Assembly: GCA_035560005.1 (NCBI GenBank)
Contig: DATMAN010000101.1
Coordinates: 37,818 to 101,817, forward strand
Origin: Burkholderiales bacterium
GTDB taxonomy: Bacteria > Pseudomonadota > Gammaproteobacteria > Burkholderiales > Eutrophovitaceae
Reading direction: 5' to 3'
DNA: 64,000 bases
Shown here: one piece after another, positions 40,092-48,376 of the stretch
Numbering within the stretch: the first letter of the stretch is position 1
Layout: the number at the start of each line of letters is the position of its first letter
Made by a program: the position numbers and the translations under genes
Notes under the pieces: model-generated
The model's input: only the letters and a program-made list of their open reading frames with translations
What the model was told of the DNA's origin: nothing
The model's database searches: none

Positions 40092-42371
40092 ATGCATCCG
40101 CCAATCCGGCATGTCGTGCTTGCGATCGCCTTATTGCGAGCACTGGCTGCCGCAGCACAGAATCCCGCCACCGAGCTGGAGGCTCCGACGATCGAAGTGA
40201 TCGGTACCACGCCTCTCCCCGGCTTGGGCACGCCGGTCAATCAGGTGCCGGCTAACGTTCAGGCCGCGACCGGCAACGACATTCGAGCGCAGGCGACGGC
40301 CAACCTCGGGGAGTACCTCGACAACAACCTGGGGAGCGTCACCGTCAACCACGGCCAGAACAACCCCTTCCAGCCTGACGTGAATTTCCGGGGACTTTCG
40401 GCCTCGCCCTTGCTCGGCACGCCGCAAGGGGTGTCGGTGTTCATGGATGGGGTGCGCATCAACGAGCCGTTCGGTGACGTCGTGAACTGGGACCTTGTGC
40501 CGCAGAACGCGATCTCCACCATCAACCTCATTCCGGGCTCCAATCCGGTCTTCGGCCTGAACACGCTGGGCGCAGCACTCGCGATCAACACCAAGTCCGG
40601 CTTTCAGTATCCCGGAGGATCCATCTCGGCCCAGGCCGGTTCCTGGGGGCGCAGGGTCGGCGAGTTCGAGTACGGCGGCCACGGCGACAAGAACGACTGG
40701 TTCCTTGCCGGCACATGGTTCGACGAGGATGGCTGGCGCGACTTCTCGCCCAGTGAAGTCCGGCAGCTGTTCACCAAAGCAGGACGCGAAGAGGCGGACA
40801 CGGATTTCGACGTCAGCCTGATGCTCGCGGACAATGACCTGCAGGGAACACAAGCCTTGCCGCTGTCATTCCTCGGCAACCGCGAGCAGGCGTACACCTG
40901 GCCGGACCGGAATCAGAACGAGCTGCTGTTCCTCAACGGCAGGGCCAGTCATTTCATCGCGGAGGACCGTCTCCTCGCCGGCAATCTGTACATTCGCCGT
41001 TACAAGAACGAGAACTTCAGCAGCAACGTCAACGATGATTGCGAGGAAATCGTCGGCAACTGCGCGATCGGAATCCTCAGCGGTGGCGCCGATCCGCAAG
41101 CCATCAACGACCTCAGTGAGATCAGAACAAAGGGGCTCGGTGGCTCCCTGCAGATGACCTTCCTCGACGAGCTGGCCGGCCGCAAGAATCAGCTCACGGT
41201 TGGGATCAGCGCAGATCTCGGCGATACCACCTTCACCCAGTTCGAGGAGGAGGCCGATTTCACCACCGACCGGGGAACGGTGGGAAGCGGGGTCTTCACG
41301 CTGGAAACCGACGTCCAGACCAAGAACGGCTACTACGGAATCTATCTCACCGATACAGTATCGCTGAGCGATCAACTGTCGCTCACCGTTTCCGGACGAT
41401 ACAACTATGCCAGGGTCAGGATCGAGGATCGGACAGGAACCGAACCGCAGCTCAACGGGGACCACAAGTTCACACGCTTCAATCCAGCGGTGGGTTTGAA
41501 CTTGAATCCGTCGCCGACGCTGACCGCGTACGTTGCCTACAGCGAGGGCATGCGCGCGCCGACTCCCGTGGAGCTGACCTGCGCAGACCCCAATGCACCG
41601 TGCCGGCTACCGAACAATTTCCTCGCCGACCCTCCGCTCGAAAAGGTCGTGTCCAAAACCATGGAAGCGGGCGCAAGAGGCAGGCTTTCTCCGGATATCG
41701 GCTGGAGTCTTGCCGTCTACAACACGGATCTGGTCGACGACATTCAGTTCATCAGTGCCGCTGGCGCGGGCGTCAACGCGGGCTTCTTCGACAACGTGGG
41801 CAAGACTCGTCGCCGTGGAGCGGAGTTGGGAGCCTTCGCGACGCTGGGTTCGCTAAGGCTCGTGGCGAGCTACGCCTATCTGAGAGCGACTTTCGAGAGC
41901 GCGTTCGCGATTGCCAACGAAGTCAATTCCTCTGCGGTCGATACCGACGGCGATACCGAGCCCGATACGATCTTCGTGAATCCCGGAGACCGGATCCCGG
42001 GGTTTCCCGATCACGCGTTGAAGCTGCGCGTCGAATACGGGCTGTCTGAAAAGTTCGTGCTGGGCGCAAATCTCCATTACTTCAGCGCCCAGTTCGCGCG
42101 CGGGGACGAAAACAACCAGGACGCCAACGGCAAGATCCCCGGCTACACGCTGGTCAACCTTGACGCACGCTATCAGGCCGCCCGGCGGCTGCAGATCTTC
42201 GCCCGTGTGCAGAATCTGTTCGACAAAGAGTACGAAACGCTCGGCGTGCTGGGAGAGAATTTCTTCGTCAGCGGCACCTTCGATGCATCAAACGTGCAGC
42301 CCGAGCAGTTTCGTTCGGTCGGCGCGCCGCGCGCCGTCTGGGCAGGGCTCAGGTACCAGTTCGCGAATTGA
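40092..42371 (+). CDS. TonB-dependent outer-membrane receptor (substrate unknown)
   Basis: ATG 40092 follows an AGGGAGGAA SD. Signal peptide, TonB box TIEVIG, plug motifs (NFRGLSASPLLGTPQGVSVFMDGVRINEPFG) and a C-terminal ending LRYQF. Confidence 0.88.
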   Translation: MHPPIRHVVLAIALLRALAAAAQNPATELEAPTIEVIGTTPLPGLGTPVNQVPANVQAATGNDIRAQATANLGEYLDNNLGSVTVNHGQNNPFQPDVNFRGLSASPLLGTPQGVSVFMDGVRINEPFGDVVNWDLVPQNAISTINLIPGSNPVFGLNTLGAALAINTKSGFQYPGGSISAQAGSWGRRVGEFEYGGHGDKNDWFLAGTWFDEDGWRDFSPSEVRQLFTKAGREEADTDFDVSLMLADNDLQGTQALPLSFLGNREQAYTWPDRNQNELLFLNGRASHFIAEDRLLAGNLYIRRYKNENFSSNVNDDCEEIVGNCAIGILSGGADPQAINDLSEIRTKGLGGSLQMTFLDELAGRKNQLTVGISADLGDTTFTQFEEEADFTTDRGTVGSGVFTLETDVQTKNGYYGIYLTDTVSLSDQLSLTVSGRYNYARVRIEDRTGTEPQLNGDHKFTRFNPAVGLNLNPSPTLTAYVAYSEGMRAPTPVELTCADPNAPCRLPNNFLADPPLEKVVSKTMEAGARGRLSPDIGWSLAVYNTDLVDDIQFISAAGAGVNAGFFDNVGKTRRRGAELGAFATLGSLRLVASYAYLRATFESAFAIANEVNSSAVDTDGDTEPDTIFVNPGDRIPGFPDHALKLRVEYGLSEKFVLGANLHYFSAQFARGDENNQDANGKIPGYTLVNLDARYQAARRLQIFARVQNLFDKEYETLGVLGENFFVSGTFDASNVQPEQFRSVGAPRAVWAGLRYQFAN

Positions 42372-42424
42372 CGCAACGCGCGAGGGGTACCGAGCCCGTA
42401 CTGCCTAGCGCCCGACTCGCCTGC

Positions 42425-44596
42425 TCAGAATGTGTAGCTGGCGGACAGTCCAAGCATGTAATTGCGCCCGGGTGCGGGCTCGTAATAGCGCCGGTTCGAT
42501 TCGTTGACGATGACCGAACCGACATACTCTTCGTCCAGCAGATTATCGATCCTCACGAACTGCGTCAGCCTCCAGCCGCCAGTGCGCTGTTCGAAACCGG
42601 CGCGCCAGTTGAAAATCGTATAGCTGTCCGCTGATTCGTCGTTAAGATCATTGGTGAACACTTCGTCTACCCACCGTCCCTCGATCGCTGTGGAAAAACC
42701 GCTCTCGGCATGCCGCCAGCGGACCTCCGCAAACGCGGTACTCTGCGGAATGCCCGGGATGCGATTGCCGGCGGGAACGGTTGCATTGGGGCCAGCCACC
42801 GAAGTGCAGAATCCAACACACGTTCCGAAGCTCGTGTCGAATTCGGCTTTGATGTACGTGTAGTTGGCGGCGGCCGAGAACCCGGCGGCAAGCTCGGAAT
42901 CCATCGCGATTTCGAAGCCTTGACGGGTCGTGCTCTCCACGTTCTGGAACACCGATCTGCCGCCCGAGTTGCTGAATACGACGATCTCGTTGTCGGTGTC
43001 GATCCTGAACAAGGCTGCGTTCAGGCGGGTGGCGTCGCCGATCAGCGCTTTCGCTCCTATCTCGAGATTGGTGCTCTCCGCCGGCTTGAGGTCGAAGTTG
43101 AACCCGTTGACCGTGGCGGAAGTCGACCGGTAGGCCAGCTCGGCGAAAGTCGGCGTCTCGAAACCCTTCCCGGCGTTGGCATAGACGTTGAGCGTGGGCG
43201 TCACTTTCAGGATCAGACCCGCGACCGGCGTGGTGTCGCGGAACTCGATGTTGCCGCTGTCGTCGCCGTTTGTGCCAGTGATGAAGAAATCCTCGGTCTT
43301 GAACTTCACGGAGGTGTGCCGAATGCCTGCATGAATGCTCCAGCGGTCGGTCAGATCGAGTTGAGTCTGCAGGAACTGATCGAAGTTGAAGACCGTGTTG
43401 TCCTCGTTGCGCACGAGCGCGCCGATGTTCCCGGCGTTATTGTCGAAAGCCCTGCGTGTTTCCTTCATTCGGTCGTAGTTCAGGCCCGCGGTAACCGCCA
43501 ACGCCATCCCTCCCACGGACATCCGGCGAGTCCATCGCCCGTCGACACCACCGAAGTCCCGATCGAGGTCAATCACCCCTCGGGGAGTGATGGAGAGAAA
43601 CTGCTGAACCGTCCGCTTGCCCGAATAGGCGAGCAGTCTGATGGAATCCTGTTCGCCGAGCCTGTGCTGCAATACCGTTCCTGCCTGCAGGTTTTCGATG
43701 CTCTTGCGGGTGTTCTGAGTCTCTGCATTGGTGCCAGCCTGGTCGCGATCCTGGGCCAGCTGCGTCTTGTCCAGACCGAGCGGGTCCTGGGTTTCGGGCT
43801 GGTTCAAGTAGTTCGTCACCAAGGTAATCTTCGTATCATCGCTTACGTCCAGACGCAGCTTTCCGTTGACCGTGTCGCGACGAGCAGCGCTGTGATCGCG
43901 GAAACCTTCTGTGGCGAAGCGCGCAGCCTCGATGACGTAGTTCACCAGCCCCATCTGCCCGCCCGCCTTCAGTCCCATGCGACTGGAGTCGAAGCTTCCG
44001 AACCACGCGGAACCGGTCAGCGTGTGTCGCTGGGGTCCATCCTCCGTGAACACGTTGATGACACCACCAGACGAATTCCCGTACAACGCAGAAAAAGGCC
44101 CGCGCATGACCTCCACGCTTCTGGCGGAGCTCAGGTCGATGTTCGCCGCCTGTCCCTGCCCGTCCGGCATCGTGAGAGGAATTCCGTCGGAGATTATCCT
44201 GATGCCCCGTACGCCGAAGGTCGAACGCGCGCCGAAGCCGCGGATCGAGATCTGCAGATCCTGGGCGTAGTTCTGGCGATTGTTGGCGACCACGCCGGGA
44301 GCCTTCACGAGTACTTCGGACAGATTGACTTGCGGCTGCTGTTCCTGGATCTGTTGCTGGCCGAAGGCGTCGACCGACACCGGCAAGTCGAAGGCGGACT
44401 GTTCGATGCGCGTCGGCGTTACCACGATCGGCGCAGTGCGCAGGGAATCCTCGGCCGTCTGTTGGGCAACCGCTGGGCATGGCGCGAGGCTGGCGGCAAT
44501 CAGCGCGATGAATACAGGACCACCGATCGATGCGGCTGACAGGTGACGAGCGGAGCCGCGCTTGGCGCGGCTTCCCTTCTGGTTGGCGGGGCTCAT
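42425..44596 (-). CDS. TonB-dependent receptor, YncD/PqqU-like (candidate PQQ receptor)
   Basis: ATG 44596, signal peptide and TonB box PIVVTPTR. The plug NRQNYAQDLQISIRGFGARSTFGVRGIRIISDGIPLTMPDGQGQ and the C-terminus EYVGSVIVNESNRRYYEPAPGRNYMLGLSASYTF resemble the YncD subfamily. The subfamily call is from memory and unverified. Confidence 0.85.
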   Translation of the reverse strand: MSPANQKGSRAKRGSARHLSAASIGGPVFIALIAASLAPCPAVAQQTAEDSLRTAPIVVTPTRIEQSAFDLPVSVDAFGQQQIQEQQPQVNLSEVLVKAPGVVANNRQNYAQDLQISIRGFGARSTFGVRGIRIISDGIPLTMPDGQGQAANIDLSSARSVEVMRGPFSALYGNSSGGVINVFTEDGPQRHTLTGSAWFGSFDSSRMGLKAGGQMGLVNYVIEAARFATEGFRDHSAARRDTVNGKLRLDVSDDTKITLVTNYLNQPETQDPLGLDKTQLAQDRDQAGTNAETQNTRKSIENLQAGTVLQHRLGEQDSIRLLAYSGKRTVQQFLSITPRGVIDLDRDFGGVDGRWTRRMSVGGMALAVTAGLNYDRMKETRRAFDNNAGNIGALVRNEDNTVFNFDQFLQTQLDLTDRWSIHAGIRHTSVKFKTEDFFITGTNGDDSGNIEFRDTTPVAGLILKVTPTLNVYANAGKGFETPTFAELAYRSTSATVNGFNFDLKPAESTNLEIGAKALIGDATRLNAALFRIDTDNEIVVFSNSGGRSVFQNVESTTRQGFEIAMDSELAAGFSAAANYTYIKAEFDTSFGTCVGFCTSVAGPNATVPAGNRIPGIPQSTAFAEVRWRHAESGFSTAIEGRWVDEVFTNDLNDESADSYTIFNWRAGFEQRTGGWRLTQFVRIDNLLDEEYVGSVIVNESNRRYYEPAPGRNYMLGLSASYTF

Positions 44597-44717
44597 GTTC
44601 TCTTTCTTTCTGCTTGGTTCGGGTCTTCGTTCTGAAACGCCCGGGGACTGCGCCCCGGCGGGCGGGCCCACTTCAAGTCCGGCTCGGGCGGCGGCGCTGC
44701 ATCCGGCCCGGGCCGCC

Positions 44718-44750
44718 AAAAAAAAAGGCTGCTCGAAAGCAGCCTTTTTC
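44718..44750 (-). terminator. Stem-loop with flanking A- and T-runs after pqqA-2 (bidirectional terminator/attenuator shape)
   Basis: AAAAAAAAA-GGCTGCT-cgaa-AGCAGCC-TTTTT. On the minus strand it lies 13 nt after the pqqA-2 stop. Confidence 0.75.
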
Positions 44751-44763
44751 TGAGTACAGAAGC

Positions 44764-44835
44764 TTAGCGGTTGGCGATATACATCGTGACTTCAAAGCCA
44801 AAACGCATTTCGCTGTATTCGGGTTTGGTCCACAT
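44764..44835 (-). CDS. pqqA: Coenzyme PQQ precursor peptide PqqA (second, inverted copy)
   Basis: Hand translation [23 protein letters not shown] has the PqqA E-x3-Y signature. A GAGAGGAG SD lies upstream. Too short for the ORF track. Confidence 0.88.
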   Translation of the reverse strand: MWTKPEYSEMRFGFEVTMYIANR

Positions 44836-44944
44836 GGCAAAGCTCCTCTCTCAAGAATTCGTCGGGAAGGCTGCCTCCGCAGCCGTCGGAACCTATTCTG
44901 TGAGTCCGGGCCGGCCCGAGCCACAGCAAAAGATTGAAATGCGC

Positions 44945-44961
44945 CTCATGATTTTCATTAG
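44945..44961. promoter_or_regulatory. Near-perfect 7-3-7 palindrome CTCATGA-ttt-TCATTAG upstream of pqqA-2
   Basis: 13/14 arm positions are symmetric. The same motif occurs upstream of pqqA-1, and the flanking GCGCATTT/GGCATTT is also shared. Confidence 0.5.
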
Positions 44962-44997
44962 TTTGACTCGCCGTCCGGCAACCATATCTCAAAAAAA

Positions 44998-45642
44998 TCA
45001 TGGGTCTATAAGACCTTCCCGCATTGCGATGATGGCCAGTTCCGCCGAGTTGGACGCGCCGAGCTTCTGCTTGATGTTGTAGAGGTGGGTGCCGACCGTG
45101 CGGGGGCTCAACGACATCACCTCCGCGATCTCCTGCACCGACTGGCCCCTGGCCAGCGCCAGAAAGACCTTGAACTCCTTCTCGCTGAGCGTGTCGAGCG
45201 GGTTGCGGTTCTTGGACAGCTGCTGAACCGCCAGTTGCTGCGCGATCTCGGGCTCCAGGAAAGTCTTGCCCTGATGGACCTGGCGGATCGCCTGGATCAG
45301 CGCTTCGGGCGCGCTGCGCTTTGTGAGATAGCCGGCCGCGCCCGCTTTCAGGACGCGCCTCGCGTGCATCGCGTCTTCGTGCGCGGAGAGAACCAGAATT
45401 CTCGCGGCCGCATCCTTGGCCAGGATGCGGTCGATAGCCTCCAGACCACCAATGCCCGGCATCGAAATGTCCATCACGGTCACGTCCGGCTTCGCCTCGG
45501 TGAAACGGCGAACCGCCTCCTCACCGCTTTCCGCTTCGGCGACGACCCTGATGTCCGACGACCCTTCCAGCAGCAGGCGAAATCCCATTCTCACCACTGC
45601 ATGGTCGTCCACGAGCATCACGTTGATGGTTGCGCCGGTCAT
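44998..45642 (-). CDS. NarL/FixJ-family response regulator (REC + LuxR-type HTH)
   Basis: VMLVDDH...DVTVMDISMPG receiver motifs with a C-terminal GerE HTH (LSEKEFKVFLALARGQSVQEIAEVMSLSPRTVGTHLYNIKQKLG). Confidence 0.9.
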   Translation of the reverse strand: MTGATINVMLVDDHAVVRMGFRLLLEGSSDIRVVAEAESGEEAVRRFTEAKPDVTVMDISMPGIGGLEAIDRILAKDAAARILVLSAHEDAMHARRVLKAGAAGYLTKRSAPEALIQAIRQVHQGKTFLEPEIAQQLAVQQLSKNRNPLDTLSEKEFKVFLALARGQSVQEIAEVMSLSPRTVGTHLYNIKQKLGASNSAELAIIAMREGLIDP

Positions 45643-47399
45643 TCATTCACCTCTGCCCGTTCGGGCGCGGCGCGCGAAGCCAGCGGAATCACCGCTCGAA
45701 CGCTCACACCCTTCCCGGGCTCGCCGCAGACTTCCAGCCTGCCCCCGAGCCCCTGCACCCTCTCCCTCATGCCGATCAGGCCGAATCGGGTGGCTTCCAG
45801 CTCGTTGCGTTGCGACAGGCCCTTGCCGTTGTCGCTCACCGTGACGCTCACCGCATCCTGGCCGGATTCCTCGGTCTCGCGCTTCACCGTGATCTCGGCG
45901 CGCGTGGCCTGCGCATGCCGCACGATATTGGTCAGGCACTCCTGCACCATTCTGTAGACGGTGATGTTGACCGATTCGTCGAGCGCGTCGAGTTCCCCGC
46001 TCATGTGCAGCTCGCAATCGATCTCCGGGTGGCGTTCGCGCCAGTTGGCCACCGCCGCGCGCAGCGTATCTCCCAAGCCCAAATGGTCCAGGGTGCTTGG
46101 CCGCAACTGCCGGATCATGCCGTGGACCACATCGTAGATGTGGCTCGCCACCGACACGATCGTGCGGGCGTTGGCATGGGTTTCAGGAGAGTCCCCCGTC
46201 CGGTTCGCGATGGCGGTGCCGATGGTCTTGATCGCCGTGACGCACTGGCCGAGTTCGTCATGCAGCTCGCGCGCGATGCTGCGGCGCTCCTCCTCGATGC
46301 GCGCCTGGATGATCTGGGTAAGTCTGCGGTTGTGCTCCAGCTCGCGCTCCGCCGCCTGCATCCGCTTGTGCTCGGTGATGTCGCGCAGCGCACAGATCTC
46401 GCCGATGACTGCATCGGAACCGGGATCGATCAGCGGTGCGGCGGACAACGCGACGTCGATCAGGCGTCCAGTCTTGGTCATGCGCTGGGTTTCGAAGTTC
46501 TCGACGCGCTCCCGGCGCCGGATCACAGCCAGATTTTCCGCGATCTCGTTCTCCAGGCCCGGCGGCGTCAGCAGCGTGGCGGAGCGTCCCAGGATCTCAT
46601 CCGCGGAGTACTCGAAGAGCTGCGCCGCGGCGGCATTCCAGAACGACACTCGTCCCTCGAGGTCGTGGATCATGATCGCGTCGCTCGCCTGCTGCGCGAC
46701 CAGGGCGAGCCGGCGGTTCTCGTCCATCGCTTCCTCCAACGCGGCGGCCATGCGGTTGAAGGTGTGGCTGATGGATGCGAATTCGGGAAGCGTGTAGTCG
46801 GGCAGCCGCACGTCGAAGCGTCCGCGTTCCATTTCCGACAGGCCGCCGAGAATCGAGCGCAGCGGCCGCAGCGAACGTCCCAGGAGCCAGAACACCAGGG
46901 CATTGAGCAGCACGAAGAAGCCCAGCACGATCCAGAGAAAGTTCTTCGTGTCGTCCCACGCATCGAGGATCGACCGGGATGCGTCGGGCGTGATCACCAC
47001 GGTGCCGCCCGGCAGGTTGAGGCGAAACTCGTCGAGCTTCGGTCCGACCAGCCTTGCGAACCAGTCGGGCGCCCAGCGTCCGGCCTTGTAGATCGGAGGC
47101 GGCGACTCGTAGATCAATCTGTCGTGCTCGTCGTAGAGCCGGATCTCGTTGGCCCGCACCCGGCCGACGTGCCGCAGGAACGCGAGCAACGCCTGGTTGC
47201 GCGATTCGGCCGTCTCACGGTGAACTCCGGCAATGACCGTCTCCATGAGCTGCACGGTCACCCGGGTTCCCGCCTCCATCTCCTCTCGGATCGAGCGGCG
47301 CATGTCTTGCAGGACCACGTGTCCGGCGCCCACGGTGAAGGCGATCATCACCAGCGTGATCACCAGGTTGATGCGAAAACGCAGGCTCATGCGCTTCAT
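45639..47399 (-). CDS. Sensor histidine kinase (2 TM, periplasmic domain, HAMP, PAS, HisKA_3, HATPase_c)
   Basis: H-box RSIARELHDELGQ, plus a PAS segment and N/G boxes. ATG 47399 (MKRMSLRFRINLV...) overlaps the pip stop, and its own stop overlaps the regulator start (ATGA). Confidence 0.88.
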   Translation of the reverse strand: MKRMSLRFRINLVITLVMIAFTVGAGHVVLQDMRRSIREEMEAGTRVTVQLMETVIAGVHRETAESRNQALLAFLRHVGRVRANEIRLYDEHDRLIYESPPPIYKAGRWAPDWFARLVGPKLDEFRLNLPGGTVVITPDASRSILDAWDDTKNFLWIVLGFFVLLNALVFWLLGRSLRPLRSILGGLSEMERGRFDVRLPDYTLPEFASISHTFNRMAAALEEAMDENRRLALVAQQASDAIMIHDLEGRVSFWNAAAAQLFEYSADEILGRSATLLTPPGLENEIAENLAVIRRRERVENFETQRMTKTGRLIDVALSAAPLIDPGSDAVIGEICALRDITEHKRMQAAERELEHNRRLTQIIQARIEEERRSIARELHDELGQCVTAIKTIGTAIANRTGDSPETHANARTIVSVASHIYDVVHGMIRQLRPSTLDHLGLGDTLRAAVANWRERHPEIDCELHMSGELDALDESVNITVYRMVQECLTNIVRHAQATRAEITVKRETEESGQDAVSVTVSDNGKGLSQRNELEATRFGLIGMRERVQGLGGRLEVCGEPGKGVSVRAVIPLASRAAPERAEVNE

Positions 47400-48376
47400 C
47401 GGCGGACCCGCCCGCGCATGTCGTCCGTGGCGCGACGCAATGCACCGGCGATCAAAGGATCCAGCGCCGAGTGTCCGCCGTTCTCGACCATCCTGAGCTC
47501 GGCGTTCGGCAGCCGTCGCGCCAGCTCGGCCGCCGCAAGGGGAGGACACACCATGTCCAGCCGCCCCTGGACGAGGATGGCCGGCACATCACCCACTCTC
47601 CAGGCACGCTCCAGCAGCTCGTTGTCGCGAAGGAAGCAACCGTTGGCCAGGAAGTGCAGCTGAATGCGCGCGCGATGCAGCGCGTCCGCAGCGCCGGAAG
47701 CCGAAGGCATCGGTGCACTGCCGCTGCCCAGGCGCATGACCGCCTCTTCGTAGCCGACCCAAGCCTGGGCTGCGCGGGTGTGTGTTTGCATGTCGGGATG
47801 ATTGACCAGAGCATGATACCGCGCGAGCAACCCCTCGCTGCACTCCGCGGTCGCGGTCAGCAGCCGCCGGGCGCAGGGGACGAACCTTCGCAGTCCGTCG
47901 ACGTACCACCGTATTTCCGTCTCGGTTCCCAGAAAAACGCCGCGCAGCACCAGGCCGGCGACACGCTCGGGATGGGTCTCAGCGTAGGCGAGCGCCAGCG
48001 TAGCGCCCCATGAACCACCGAACAGCAGCCACCTTTGCACGCCCAGATGAATCCGCAACCGCTCGATATCCGCCACCAAGTGCCAGGTCGTGTTCTGCTC
48101 GGTGCATCCCGCAGGCAGCGATTGACCGCAGCCGCGCTGATCGAACAGCACGATCCGGTAGAAGGCGGGATCGAAGTACTGGCGCTGATGGGGACGGATA
48201 TGGCTTCCGGGACCACCGTGCAGGAAGAGGACGGGAAATCCTTCCCGATTGCCGCATTGCTCGACATGAAGCGAATGCAAAGCATCGACCGCCAGGCGCT
48301 CGATGCGATAAGGCTCCAGGGGCGGATACAGCGCGCTTTGCTGCTCGGTACCAGCCACGGGGCTGGAGGGAATCAC
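47396..48376 (-). CDS. pip: Proline iminopeptidase (prolyl aminopeptidase, S33 alpha/beta hydrolase)
   Basis: LYPPLEPY, VEQCGN..G.PVLFLHGGPG and nucleophile elbow GGSWGATLALAY are canonical Pip motifs. Confidence 0.88.
   Translation of the reverse strand: MIPSSPVAGTEQQSALYPPLEPYRIERLAVDALHSLHVEQCGNREGFPVLFLHGGPGSHIRPHQRQYFDPAFYRIVLFDQRGCGQSLPAGCTEQNTTWHLVADIERLRIHLGVQRWLLFGGSWGATLALAYAETHPERVAGLVLRGVFLGTETEIRWYVDGLRRFVPCARRLLTATAECSEGLLARYHALVNHPDMQTHTRAAQAWVGYEEAVMRLGSGSAPMPSASGAADALHRARIQLHFLANGCFLRDNELLERAWRVGDVPAILVQGRLDMVCPPLAAAELARRLPNAELRMVENGGHSALDPLIAGALRRATDDMRGRVRR

Noticed and set aside
28989-44600. Possible genomic island integrated at the tmRNA 3' end
   Set aside because: ssrA is a classic integration hotspot and the downstream block is accessory-looking (iron uptake). 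However, I found no integrase, no transposase, and no direct repeat of the ssrA 3' end (TTCGATTCCCGCCGCCTCCACCA) further downstream. GC content looks uniform. A whole-genome comparison would be needed to revisit this.
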